Both the position numbers and the translations under genes were made by a program. Below the pieces are notes generated by a model. That model had not been told where the DNA came from and did not search any database. It worked only from the letters and a program-made list of their open reading frames with translations. DNA of 55,598 bases from Craspedostauros australis (Eukaryota). The stretch lies in NCBI GenBank assembly GCA_030167865.1, contig JALAGF010006116.1:1-55598 (forward strand). The letters are read 5' to 3'. Numbering within the stretch: the stretch's first letter is position 1; every line of letters begins with the position of its first letter. Of the stretch, positions 20,801-30,667 are shown one piece after another.

Positions 20801-21607
20801 CGTGAGAACGGAATGGACAGCGCTGCCACGCTGACTGATGCTGCCGAGCGAAGAGCCGGTCGTGTGGCTGTACCCATCCGTGTCGTATTCGTGCGAGAAC
20901 TTGACTCCCACAGGATCCGCTCGGTCTGTGCTCATGGCCTTCATGATGTCCACCACCTTGTCGAGGAAGTAGGTTGCGGAGTCGACGGATTCCACTCCGG
21001 ATGAGTCGCGCGCCGTATCGTCGCCAGCCCTGCTGCTGCTGTTGCTGCTGTTCTCCTCGCCAGTGATGTTGATCTCATTGCCGTAGTTGTTGTCGTTGTC
21101 GTTGTCTTTGCCTTTGCCGTCGTCGTTGATCGCATAGCGATGAAACATGGCGTCCAAGCGCAGATCGTCATCGAAGGTGCCGCTCGATTGACGTTTGGAA
21201 GGGCTGCGCTTCTTCTGTCCTTTGTTTTCCGACATGAGCAGTCCTTGGCCCTTCTTGCTCCGGCGCTTGCGTTCCGCCTTGCCATGGCTCTTGGCCGGTG
21301 GCTTGTCGGATCCCGCCACATCCACTGCCGTCCTTTCCTTGATCATGTCGTCGGCATCGTTCTTTGTCATGATATCCGCGTCCGAGTCGCTGGGGCAGCA
21401 GCCGTCGTCGTTGGCACAACCACCGTTGCATCCGATATTCCTGCCACCACCAGTCTTGGTGGCCCCGTTCGCCACGACTTTGGTCCGCACGCTGTCATCG
21501 CCTCTGGGGCTGCCGTCCGCATTGCCCGCGCTCGCCTTGTTGCCTGCGTCCGCAGTCGATGTGCCCCAGAAGGCATCGAACGAGAAAGGATACGGCATGC
21601 TCGACAT
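14825..21607 (-). CDS. Ankyrin-repeat and coiled-coil protein (2260 aa)
   Basis: Single long ORF with ankyrin motifs LLLHEIC, YLPLHYAC, MPLHLACKWG and GKIPMDYA (about 18640-18985), followed by a long E/K/L/R heptad region; disordered termini. Confidence 0.85.
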   Translation of the reverse strand: MSSMPYPFSFDAFWGTSTADAGNKASAGNADGSPRGDDSVRTKVVANGATKTGGGRNIGCNGGCANDDGCCPSDSDADIMTKNDADDMIKERTAVDVAGSDKPPAKSHGKAERKRRSKKGQGLLMSENKGQKKRSPSKRQSSGTFDDDLRLDAMFHRYAINDDGKGKDNDNDNNYGNEINITGEENSSNSSSRAGDDTARDSSGVESVDSATYFLDKVVDIMKAMSTDRADPVGVKFSHEYDTDGYSHTTGSSLGSISQRGSAVHSVLTKNSSEEQTVHSAITAAKDEDDCDEAASDEDIMIGANSGRHDEPTLPMSNRDADWQERKQQDIMRKLRRASENTSKPKSKSKSKARSKQSSAPSASSNVKAQIDALLESQDEDLDNHVPQGFLRPTLEVNESDDDDDDDDSSDDEPTRQANIMMEPDAILESSSSTTALKVCVSTRADEVETTTMSTVTLPSRSHKMDAPEFKPAESMDRYEAIDRGASDTSSSSSSASQSRSDSEQSESDAAQQDLQLDASSSSSSSHSNPYTDADADHGGHDPPINSKHLDRDNTGTITARASHNDNNNGANQMIDNVPAPTARDYDSEDSIASSTTTAAVVIASSASAASAKPPTSTAEEEQSMSSHKAIADPDMMSLAKDRALTAPVDAQPQQTEAPTAEIQGATAKANDEPAQPTQQEPAIVAIPTQFAEHGIVMETSSNRKLDSKKTKRNNRPKKPSHDDSQLVQKSQQLQRHDVTNASHKRPNAADNTEQEEDIDIAQNHALTTSRQQLISGMPLPKKSSSGPCGNAPNSDYQKHLSSSSSTATTAMETLNSNEHGDDTDEKHSKELELSELVERHMWKALAIRIQRQPNSANQIMKGDASVHSMNGGGNLLLHEICKHEPTRDIVEAVLRTNRRAVAIKGERDYLPLHYACASAGSVEVVETLLQAHPEAVNSRDCDDLMMPLHLACKWGASKHVLALLLTSHPEATLARDIYGKIPMDYAMDIVSPDVKRETIDCLRWGLRLIEFPQKTPIAEPTHADMDAGAPHVDETDVGADGDADGDTNAGTVKTDDNSASATRRSQRSVRFAPSPTRPIREHRQEQTSAARPTISRDTRVYEEDDQVSSIDGCFNHRGQVFNGDANNDAGHDSLETYSDYSDDGDDNNTSNSNDEDTPCSGVQSHFRQELLDEMSSDLALDDYASASQDMAFGQRLQKLEQVDSEESDESDGFTGSRLMLEEQRRSILDLEHSMFKAMQQAQVDQHQAMEERIVALEENQEMQQDIIQSLEQDLEDAEKELADALMDQELHFTELLKNEETKADDMKIRLHETEEMHVMYTKALLETHEEETEKFRALAMRFRDLEAKLRGQVQEEVRRREDIEEQLRIREHEFLHLEMRLRHELWEEICKREQDASRTVDEERKVAALDEKSGNLEKLLVKERELVKKLQLTENEHRRQLDKQHATIETLEQSKVEMLSRLAKMENMIKVLEHARSHTMSLLETEKKRVEEIEVADQRKRSNLEFEKKKVKAVQKTQARRQAVLDSLQKKVNKLEMDQQITGSCIVELEHRLQLADDVRTQALRIIAHSYDESANSTNGGDAANTQNQERLRVMELLSESFQPEFDPEASGRLSRSAHGSASTRSGRSNATDMISEDMSVFSEAEMKRLASMERMVRENKWALEAEQSKVNDLDDERNRLMKLLAEKDEKLNDVAKKQNETSTRLEQQSAEIEKLMASMTRQEVARKEQAEAEARVLEELRMEKIENEQRLLEAQDRVVDLETTLHKQEQDMTTAANDDAADISNARLRESNSNTSKNVGFTPGRTQGSTINETNENHSGDVDDVEDNDDDVGDDQHLFEATSDMKFLEAELEKTRLELTKRIAFLGRTEGSQFDLQLEHTDDESEAGEDSAAVDIPETAAEPPANEDESEAAVQIGGDSGSQTEAQLETVIETETETEPQTTEVQHENIVPSMTPSELEEVKEEEDDHDYDDEQEAKDPEQLEVVDVTTKLDDENIDEEVMESAEPTQVEQVVERQLNTHRHNQNLSHHHHIVDADQEIASLHQDVQRLRTMQAMHLLQETNEVKLLRQQQQQQKQQQQRTERADRYSSMATIGAERAQQQQQQTREDVHATKLHSDVADERDDVIERTEERETMEPRPSTTEAGTTASNTIVVEDIEGDDDGDAPLMVVASKEPANAFASYSSIENQEDAEEDVHPQPHRQPKQQQYQQQRDANMDTSANVIAIRDDHLLPDDAQQRLLNETADWILGDRAPLNEE

Positions 21608-22696
21608 GTCGCGGTCGCCTCCCGTTTCGTCCTCTTCCGATAGCCTCCAGTCGCTTGCTTCTTCTGTTCCGGTTCAATAGCAACCGCTGCAGTCCTCAGA
21701 TCGTTTGTGTGAACTGCGTATAATCGCTTCGATTGCGCTCTGTGCTTGTTGCGTGACAATTGTGGTCTAGCTGCCGTTGTGAGGAAGTGTGGAGGCAGTG
21801 GCGATGGCGAAGTGTGGAGCGCGTTGCGCGCAGTGCAGAGGTGAACGTGACCGCGAATGTGAAGAGATTGGCGCCAAATGCGAATGCCGTTGACGATCCT
21901 GAGTTCTATCTAGCATGCACGTGTTGCTGATGTTACAGGTGCCACCGATGTCCGCGATGCAGAAGGTGCGCCTCGTTCATGTGTTGGTGTTGATTGTGTT
22001 GTGAAGTGAAGTGATGCTGATGTTGGTGGTGGGGCTCCGTGTGTGATGCCAGTTGTGCTGGGACGCTCCCTCCAACAACAAGGATTTGTTGACGGTGGAG
22101 GGAGCTTTTTGGGTTTTGGCGCGCTGGATGGAAGATTCGCCATCATCTCACAACGAAAGCGATGTTTGTTGGCGAATGAGCGTTAAGTTAACGTTACTTA
22201 CGTCTATATAGTATTCATGTCTTATTGATGTATAATTTCGCTGTCTTTGATTCAATCGACCAAAGTGCGAGAATTGCCTCGTATTCGTGACTAACACTTT
22301 CATTCGAGTCCGGACATACGTAGGATTGCCAAGTTCTTCTTCAACACATCAGCCTTCACGACCTCACCACCGTCATCCATCCGTCAACGCACACAAAGAT
22401 GTGATGACAAGACACAAGAGAGAGAGGAATGACCAAGAACACACCCATCACAACCACACCCACCACGTGCCCATCAACAGAATCATTCCACCGATCGCTA
22501 TTTCATCTCAGAAACATCAGCTCACATCGCATCGGGCTGCATGACATCACGTTGACCCATCACAACATTTGCTTCCACCACGCACACATAATCAATCGCA
22601 ACGTAACGCATCGACCCATCACCTCATCGAAGCCAGTCCACAGCTTCGTCCTTGATTTCGTCGTCCCTACGCGTACTCCAGAGAGAAGACACCACC

Positions 22697-24466
22697 ATGA
22701 TGTTCAAGGTCAATTCGATGGTCGTGCTGTCGCTGTTGGCGGGAGCGGCCACATCCCCTTGCGCAGCCTTTGCGCCCATCAGCTCGCAGAGCGCCCGCAG
22801 CGCTGGCACGCAAAAGCTCAGCAGCAGCACCGTCGCCGATCCCTCCTTCACATCGGAGGGTGCGCAGAAGCAGGTCGGCAACGACTCCTTCCTCAACCAG
22901 GACCTCATGGCGCGTGCGCAGAACGGACCTGGCAAGAAGAATGAGGAGTCGCTCAGCATCGGGATCGTCGGTGCTGGATTGGCGGGAATGGTCGCCGCCA
23001 TGGACCTGGCCGATGCCGGTCACAAGGTCGAGATGTTCGAGCTGCGGCCCTTCGTGGGTGGCAAGGTCAGCTCCTGGCTGGACAAGGAGGGCAACCACAT
23101 CGAGCAGGGCCTGCACGTCTTCTTCGGATGCTACTACAACCTCTTCGGCATCATGAAGCGCACGCAGGGCGACGAGCTCTTCAACCAGAACCTGCGCGTC
23201 AAGGAGCACATCCACACCTTCGTCAACGAGGGCGGCAAGCTGGGTGCCCTGGACTTTCAGTTCCCCATCGGCGCGCCCGTCAGCGGTTTGCAGGCATTCG
23301 CGCGCACGGAGCAGCTCGGCGTCGAAGACAAGTTCCACAACGCCGTGCGCCTGGGAACGTCCCCCATCGTGCGCGCCCTCGTCGACTTCGACGGCGGCAT
23401 GGACATGGTGCGCGACCTCGACGACATTACTTTCACGCAGTGGTTCACCCAGCTGGGCGGATCGCGCGGCAGCCTCGATCGCATGTGGGATGCCATCGCC
23501 TACGCCCTCGGCTTCCTCGACTGCGACACCATCAGCGCGCGTTGCATGCTCACCATCTTCATGCTCTTCGCCATCCGCACGGAGGCCAGCGTGCTGCGCA
23601 TGCTCGACGGATCGCCGCAGACCGGACTGCACGATCCCATCATCAGCTACCTCGAGGAGCGCAACGTCAAGATCAACCTCAGCACGGGCTGCCGTGACAT
23701 CGTGCACGAGGTCGATCCGGACACGGGCCTTCCAACCCGCGTCAAGGGTATCGAGGTCGGTCCCAAGAACGAATTCAAGGAGTACGACGTCGTCATCGCC
23801 GCCCTCGACGTGCCAGGAATCAAGAAGGTGCTGCCCGATAGCTTCCGCAAGTTCGACTTCTTCGACAAGATCTACAACCTCGACACCGTCCCCATCGCCA
23901 CGGTCCAGGTACGATTCGACGGATGGGTGACCGAGCTGAACGACGACGCCCGCATGATGGACATCTCCGGTGATCAGAGCGACGGCAAGGGCGCCGGCAT
24001 CGACAACCTCCTTTACAGCGTCGACACCGAATTCTCGTGCTTCGCCGACCTCGCCCTCACCAGCCCCGGCGACTACTACAAGGAGGGAGAGGGATCCCTC
24101 ATCCAGGCCGTCTTCGACGAGCGCGCCACGAGCCGGTCCAACGAGCAGCTCGTCGCGGACTGCATCGAGCAGCTCAACAAGGTCTTCCCCTCGTCGCGCA
24201 AATTGAACTGCACCTGGTCCTCCGTCGTCAAGCTCAACCAGAGCCTGTACCGCGAGAAGGTGGGACAGGACAAGTTCCGACCCAAGCAGGCCACCCCCAT
24301 CCCCAACTTCTTCCTCGCCGGCTCCTACACCTACCAGGACTACTTGGATTCCATGGAGGGCGCCACGCGATCCGGTCTCATGGTCGCCGATGAGGTCATC
24401 GCACGTGCCGATGGTCCAACGGGGTTGAAGAAGATGGCCGAACAGCAGCAGCCCGTCGTCGCATAG
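22697..24466 (+). CDS. ZDS: Zeta-carotene desaturase, plastid-targeted (589 aa)
   Basis: Signal peptide ending CAA|FAP (ASAFAP type), GAGLAGM dinucleotide-binding motif, GGKVSSW..GNHIEQGLHVFFGCYYNLF, CDTISARCMLTIF, YLDSMEGAT; strong GC3 bias. Confidence 0.93.
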   Translation: MMFKVNSMVVLSLLAGAATSPCAAFAPISSQSARSAGTQKLSSSTVADPSFTSEGAQKQVGNDSFLNQDLMARAQNGPGKKNEESLSIGIVGAGLAGMVAAMDLADAGHKVEMFELRPFVGGKVSSWLDKEGNHIEQGLHVFFGCYYNLFGIMKRTQGDELFNQNLRVKEHIHTFVNEGGKLGALDFQFPIGAPVSGLQAFARTEQLGVEDKFHNAVRLGTSPIVRALVDFDGGMDMVRDLDDITFTQWFTQLGGSRGSLDRMWDAIAYALGFLDCDTISARCMLTIFMLFAIRTEASVLRMLDGSPQTGLHDPIISYLEERNVKINLSTGCRDIVHEVDPDTGLPTRVKGIEVGPKNEFKEYDVVIAALDVPGIKKVLPDSFRKFDFFDKIYNLDTVPIATVQVRFDGWVTELNDDARMMDISGDQSDGKGAGIDNLLYSVDTEFSCFADLALTSPGDYYKEGEGSLIQAVFDERATSRSNEQLVADCIEQLNKVFPSSRKLNCTWSSVVKLNQSLYREKVGQDKFRPKQATPIPNFFLAGSYTYQDYLDSMEGATRSGLMVADEVIARADGPTGLKKMAEQQQPVVA

Positions 24467-25086
24467 ACGTGACGTCCTCATACGTACCGAGAGTACTCCC
24501 CAGTACACCGCATCGGTGCGTACTATGCTCCACACGGTGTATGGTAATAAGTCATAGGGTCCTTTGTTGATTCGCACCATGAGTACTTTAATACATCGCA
24601 TGTGCTGAGTCGCACGTCAGGGCACCAGGACGTTGTTCGTGAGAAACAGTTGCGAGTTGGAGACGGATGACGTGCGGAGAACTCGTAGAGTGGAGGAGAA
24701 ATGAAACGATGAATTATATTATTACATGAACATGATTAGTTGCTGCAACCAACATTCATGCAACAGGAGGAGCAGCATTAGCATCACCAAGGTCGCACTC
24801 TGCATAGATTGTATGGTACGACTATGACCATTGTCGTCGCCCTCTTCCTTCCACGGTTTGTCTTAGACTCTTGCTTCCCTGTTGTAGTCGTCACCTCCAT
24901 CGTTTTACGGGCGGGAGAACAAATACGACATCACAGAACAACTGTTCCTTCTTTCTCACTTCGCAGTGATCCTTGCTCACTGGCGTGGTAATAGCCAAAG
25001 AAGATGAACAGTTCGTGAAGGCCAAGCCCAAGCCAAGCACAACATCAAGCACAACATCAAGCACCATACATATTATAGATGCAGCA

Positions 25087-26517
25087 ATGCAAAGCAGCGC
25101 AGAGGATTCGAGGAAGAAGCGATACGTCGGAGAGGTGGACAAAGATGGCATGGAGCAGAGACTCAAGAAGGTGAAGAGCGATGGGAAGTCTGCCGCTGTT
25201 CCTGTTTCTGCCGCAACTGGCGGTGCTGCCACGACCGTCACCGCTGCGGTGGGAGCGAAGTCATCGCCGTTGATCTCGTCGCTGTCGAAACCAGCCTCTC
25301 CACTGCTCTCACCGGCGCCCTCACCGATTGATAGACGAAGACGGCGACGAGATGAGGTCGACCCACGACGGCATGACCAATGTTCATCAGAAACAAATGC
25401 TGCGTCGTCGACAGCTCCCAATCGCAGATCATCACCGCCAACGCAAGTCCCCGTTCCGTCTCAGAGCAAAAGCAGCAGGAACGACCGACTTGGATCCAAG
25501 ATATGTGCACGGCTTGCCAAGAATGCGGGCGCGGACTTGGAGAGCGTATTGCATCATATCTGCAAGTCGCAGCAGGCGACAAAAGAGTACATTTCCAAAC
25601 GGCGCAGGATATCATTCGCTGTCGGCCATTCCGGCGATGTCTCCAAGATTGCGCAGCTTTACCGTGAAGTCAACAGCCGGCGCAACGATAATGAGCTGCT
25701 TGCTGCTTCCAAAGGTCGATCGTCGGGAACTTTGCAGCACTCGGCGTCCATGAAACCACCGTCGTCGAAGGTTTGTGGAACAAAAACAAAGAAGGCAACC
25801 ACGACGGCAACAATCACATCGTCACAATTGGAACGGGATACGGCGGTGGCAAAATCACCAAGCAAGTCAACGCCATCGTCATCATCATCGTTGCGGCCGA
25901 AACCTGCACTGTCATCCACAATCAAATCCACAGATCCATCGGCAACAACCGTGAAGTGCACGAAGGATAGATCATCGTCATCGTTGGATATGTGGCTTGC
26001 TGACGGCATGGGCGACGAGGATCATCCGCCAAGCGTCTTTGCTCTGCTCGTCAAGATCCACGATGAAGATCGAGATGATGATATCGACACTCGGCAAGAA
26101 GCGGATATTGATGTCGATGGCCATGGCAGACGGGCAGACGCAGTTGGCGCCGTTGGCATCAAACAAAATGAAGACAAACACTGTCCGCATACTAAGAAGA
26201 CACAGCAACCGATGGCCAATGCGACGAGGCCTGCATCCACAATCGAACTAAATCCGACGCAGGCCACGGCAAGAACAACAACAGCACCGCAATCATCGCG
26301 TCTGGTGGGCGTGGCACTCATGTCCCACAGCATTGGCAAGACCCATCAGAGAATCCTTCGTGTCGAATGGCTGTACATTGATCCGAAGCTCGATGATGAT
26401 GTCAGCAGCTCCATCATCCAAAAGCGAATGTGGCTACGTTTGGCTTCCGTGGCGCTCATGACATCATGCCAAGACATGGTTGTAGTGAAAGAGCACACAC
26501 CCAGGACGCTCGCTTGA
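25087..26517 (+). CDS. Hypothetical protein with a split, degenerate GNAT (SSAT-like) fold (476 aa from first ATG)
   Basis: Structured blocks ISFAVGHSGDVSKIAQLYRE / WLADGMGDEDHPPSVFALLV / LVGVALM...RILRVEWLYID...RLASVALMTSC, separated by S/T/K-rich insertions. Confidence 0.6.
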   Translation: MQSSAEDSRKKRYVGEVDKDGMEQRLKKVKSDGKSAAVPVSAATGGAATTVTAAVGAKSSPLISSLSKPASPLLSPAPSPIDRRRRRRDEVDPRRHDQCSSETNAASSTAPNRRSSPPTQVPVPSQSKSSRNDRLGSKICARLAKNAGADLESVLHHICKSQQATKEYISKRRRISFAVGHSGDVSKIAQLYREVNSRRNDNELLAASKGRSSGTLQHSASMKPPSSKVCGTKTKKATTTATITSSQLERDTAVAKSPSKSTPSSSSSLRPKPALSSTIKSTDPSATTVKCTKDRSSSSLDMWLADGMGDEDHPPSVFALLVKIHDEDRDDDIDTRQEADIDVDGHGRRADAVGAVGIKQNEDKHCPHTKKTQQPMANATRPASTIELNPTQATARTTTAPQSSRLVGVALMSHSIGKTHQRILRVEWLYIDPKLDDDVSSSIIQKRMWLRLASVALMTSCQDMVVVKEHTPRTLA

Positions 26518-26854
26518 GTAGCCATTGTGATAAGCAACTGTATTTGTCCATCGCAGTGGATGCGAAGTTGTTTGGCTTGGCCATGAGCTTCTTCCAGACC
26601 TACTAGCAGCAAAATATAGCACGTCAGAATCTACCATCAGACCTCGTCCAATTTTTCTGGGTCCAACAGACTGAGACTGTTGTGGTCGTGCACCGCGGCA
26701 GCTCATACGTAAGCATGTGGCAGCAATGCAGTGGAGCTCGTGCGATTAGAGTGCACAAGACGAAAACTAGATTGTTCTTGAACAATACAACCAGAGATTG
26801 AGATTTGGAAGCCATATACTGTAATATCTGCTGCTTTCACACGCCATCTTTTCT

Positions 26855-28569
26855 TCAACTGCTAACACTGCTGGCACTGGTCGTGCTGCTGCCGATAGTG
26901 GACGGCTTGCGTGGAATGAGGAAGACGTCATCCGGAGCCTGTTCGCCAAGACGCTTGGCGGCCCACGCCAAGGGAACCACCCGGATCTCTCGCATGCCCT
27001 TTTGCTTGTCCAACTTCACGACACAGTTGTCCTTTTCGTCGGGATAGATCCCAATCACGATACCTGTGCGTCCCGTGTCAGGACCCCGGACCAGCACCAC
27101 CAAATCTCGAACCTCGGCTGGATTCTTGACGGGATCCGAATGCACCAGCGCGTCCTTGTACTCCTGAAACAGAGGTTCGTTGTCAATGACGCTGTCGTAG
27201 TAGGTGTAGAGACCGCCCACCCGCAGGTACCGATCCAAATGCAGGCTCATGTCGCTGTAGGCAATGTAGGCCTCATCCAGTGCCTTGCGAGACACGGCCC
27301 GTTTCAAACGTTCCAAGGACGCAAAGTACCGACCGACCTCGTATCGCAACGCTACGCGCAGTCCGTAGTCCGATGGCAGGTCCGATGGGAAGGCGGTGTC
27401 GGTGTAGGTGGTGAACACAGGCACGTACGATCGCAATTGAGCTGGATATGCTTGTACCAGATCCCTGCAAAGCAACGTGTTTTGGGCGGGCCAGTTCATA
27501 ATGGTGAGGAAAGCAATCGGAAAGCAACCGGAAAAGCAGTGATGAGAAAATCACGTTGCAATGATGAGGAGAGCTGGCGATTCATGCAGAAGCATTCAAT
27601 GATTAGTGCACCCGCAGGAAGCGCATCTGTCCTGCTGTGCTCTGCTTTGCTGCGATCGGCACATATCCCTCAAACACCCTTGGCCCAAGCAACTCAAGCG
27701 TCCGTCCATCCCATTGCTACATGCGTTTGCAACACATACTAGTACGCTGCATGGTGCTCGTAGCACACACGTATGGACGGAACTTACCATCTTTCCTGCA
27801 TCAAGTCTCGTTGCAGCTCGTCCTGCGAGTGCAGAGGACGCAGCGGGTGGCATGATTGAGGAAGTAAGAATGGAAACAAATTAATCGCGAGATGGTAAAG
27901 AACAGAGCAATCAGACGGAGAATGTGAGAATCCAATCTGGAAGGTATCGTTGGGTCAATGCAGTCGTCACAAAGGATCTTGTCCTTCCATTCACCTATTG
28001 AATCAGAGTCGCCACATCTTGCATCGGATGCGCAGACACCAACCGCACAATCACACAAAGCACACAAAGCACACAAGGCGTACCATGTTCCTCAGTATGC
28101 CACGGATCTTGTTGGCAAGCCCACCAATCTTTTGGTTTCCATTGCCAGATTTCAAAGGCGCGAAGTCTATTGCATGCACGGCCTGTGCACCAGCGGCAAG
28201 GACAGCGCTGGACTTCAGTGCGGTCATCCAGAACGAACGGCGATCATTCTGTGGCGGTTGCTCCTGCTCCTTCTGTTCTTGTTGAAGCAACAGAGTCGAT
28301 CGCCTTGGGACTTGCGGATCGTCATTTTGGTTCTCTTGTTCGGTCATACGCAGCTGCCTCCCTGCCTTGTGCAGTCTTCCATGCTGTCTTTCATTGCCCC
28401 TTTCAGTATGCCTATGATGTTGGCACTTGTGCTGCTGTTGTGGATGCCGCACGGACACCCCAAGTGTTCTTGGCATGACGAAGCCATCGTTGGTCGTCAT
28501 CTGCAGCATGAAGAAGACTGTCAGCAGCAGCCTTCGCAGGCACCCCTTTGAGTTGGCGGGCGATGTCAT
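26855..28569 (-). CDS. Plastid/thylakoid-lumen protein with PsbQ-like helical bundle and C-terminal KOW-like motif (376 aa, 3 exons)
   Basis: Exons 28569-28084, 27822-27788 (35 nt) and 27464-26855 splice in frame (RNM|DELQRDLMQERW|DLVQAYP). Signal peptide, twin-Arg RRSF...AVHA lumen signal, and DLVVLVRGPDTGRTGIVI. The gene model is more secure than the family call. Confidence 0.7.
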
Positions 28570-29761
28570 CGTTGGCCTTGCTGTCGTTTGCTAGAGTGCT
28601 TCGCAGTCGTACGTAGTGCTTCTCCTCGTCTCTTGATGTGAATCTTGTTGCTGTCGCGGAATTCGGATTGCTCTCGATGCTCTCCGTTTGGTTCGTCCGA
28701 TGTCGTAATGCGTTCGTACGATTTGTCACCAATTACTTTAATTCAACATCCACCCATCAATCAAGCAGATCACTATCACGGAATGAGGGAATCGAGCTTG
28801 TTGGTCCGTCGAACCATCCATCCAATCAGCCAACCAAGAGAGGAAAGGAGAGTGAAGAGAGTTTGTGATCGATGGCAGAACAGAGTTGGCGAACTTGTGA
28901 TTGCGGAGTCTCTGCCCCCTTGGATTTCGTCCAGTTTTGTGGGGTTGTCGTTTGTTGTGTCTCTCTCCACGTTGTTCGCCATCTGGGAGACTTCAGATGG
29001 CGAAAGCAATGTTGAAGTTGACATCATGCGGGACCGTATCGGATTCCAGTCACACAAACGAAATCGACCCATTTGACCTCTTTTTCATTCCAAATTGAAG
29101 GTGAAACAGTTTTTCTAGAAATCCTGTTGGGTGTACTTGGAGAACATAGATGGAGAAAATACATAACCCCTAGCAGATTGTCCGACTAAAGTGTGCAAGA
29201 ATCCGGCCGATGTCAACGTCATTCCCAAACAACCTGGTGGCGTTGCCAGCACAGAGAGAAGCGTTCCACATCATTCCAAAAGGCACAAACGCGGAACTTC
29301 GGAGCCAGTCCGGTTTCCACGGTCTTGGGTTGCTCGTGCTCACAAAATAAAACTTCGCAAGACCAACGACACAAAACACGACAGCAAAACAGCATCGACA
29401 CCACGACCCATCACCGACAGCTTCAACCAAAAGCCGTGTCATCCACAACACCACATCATTCTCATCTTCAACCGCACTTCGGAGCCTTCAACAACGAGCA
29501 ACAATCTTGTCAAAAACATCAACGATCACGGACTTTTCCAAAGCTACTATCCCATTGCGTTTGAAGAGAACATACTAGCAGCAGAACCAGTGGGCATCCA
29601 ACATCCAACATCCAACATCCAGCGGCTCGGGAGACCTTCGTCTCACAATTCGAACACAAGCCCAAGCACAAGCACAAACACAGTCGTCAGCACCACCACG
29701 ATCACGACATCCGCCAACACCAAACGCATCAACAACAACAACAACAATAGTAACAAAAATA

Positions 29762-30667
29762 ATGGATTTCAGAAGCCAGTCGCAGTTGCCATCCGGATCA
29801 CCATACCTCCCGTCAGCAATGATGATGACACCCACATCCACATCCACATCCACATCCACCTCTGCGTCCACCACTCCTCCGCTAAGCACCGCAGCGGAAG
29901 ATTCGCCGATGGTCCGGTTCTTGCGCGCAAAGCTGCAAGACAAGGACTGCCAATCGCAACACTCCACGCAAAGTGCGCCGAGCCACCATCTGCTTTCTCA
30001 TCGCGCCACGGCGGCGGCAATGATGATGATGCCGACGGAAGCTGGGTTTCAACCATCCACGCCGGAATTCATTCCTGCGCAGCATTCGACAGCGAACGAG
30101 CACCTCCACCATTCCATGTCCAATTTGATCACCTCCAATCGATCCTTCTGGAACGAGGATGACGAGCGACATGCATTCGGTGGTTCCAACTGCACCGTCA
30201 ACGGCATGAATCACACCTACCATGGCATGCCCACTGACGGTCGCCTCGTCCAATCCAGATACATTCACAGCGGTGCCGACAACAACGATGATGACGATGA
30301 CGACGTGATGCCCGTCGCATCTTTCGATCTCGACTGCATCGACATGGCTCCAACCGAAATGCCAATCCATCCGGTCGTAACCAATGATGATGGCGAATGT
30401 TCCATCGACCCGTACGATCCATTGGATTGGAAAATGCCCGCTTGCCAAACCATGGAACAAACCAACATGATCTCGCAAAGTACTGCATTCACATCCCACA
30501 TCGTCAACGAAGCGCTGTCTGTGCACTATTGCAATAACTCCGACGACAGCGTCACGTTGGATGACGAATCCAATTCCTCTCTCACCATCGCATCGGAACG
30601 CCTCACCAACTGCATGGGCAAGACGGCGCAGACCCGGCAGATGCTTTGTCAGTTCCATGCCATGTGA
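29762..30667 (+). CDS. Hypothetical protein (301 aa), low complexity with a C-terminal RLxxxMxKTxxTR helix
   Basis: ATG ORF after a CA-rich leader; acidic/Met-rich. The C-terminal ERLTNCMGKTAQTRQML resembles a recurrent diatom LxxSMxRSxxSR motif. Confidence 0.6.
   Translation: MDFRSQSQLPSGSPYLPSAMMMTPTSTSTSTSTSASTTPPLSTAAEDSPMVRFLRAKLQDKDCQSQHSTQSAPSHHLLSHRATAAAMMMMPTEAGFQPSTPEFIPAQHSTANEHLHHSMSNLITSNRSFWNEDDERHAFGGSNCTVNGMNHTYHGMPTDGRLVQSRYIHSGADNNDDDDDDVMPVASFDLDCIDMAPTEMPIHPVVTNDDGECSIDPYDPLDWKMPACQTMEQTNMISQSTAFTSHIVNEALSVHYCNNSDDSVTLDDESNSSLTIASERLTNCMGKTAQTRQMLCQFHAM

Noticed and set aside
22667..24601. 644-aa antisense ORF over ZDS, plus several same-strand alternative-frame ORFs
   Set aside because: Expected shadow of very high GC3 codon bias; no recognisable motifs, unlike the 46007-46732 ORF.
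29191..30162. 323-aa ORF overlapping the 301-aa gene
   Set aside because: GTG start; runs through a CA-rich leader that is naturally poor in stops; low complexity.
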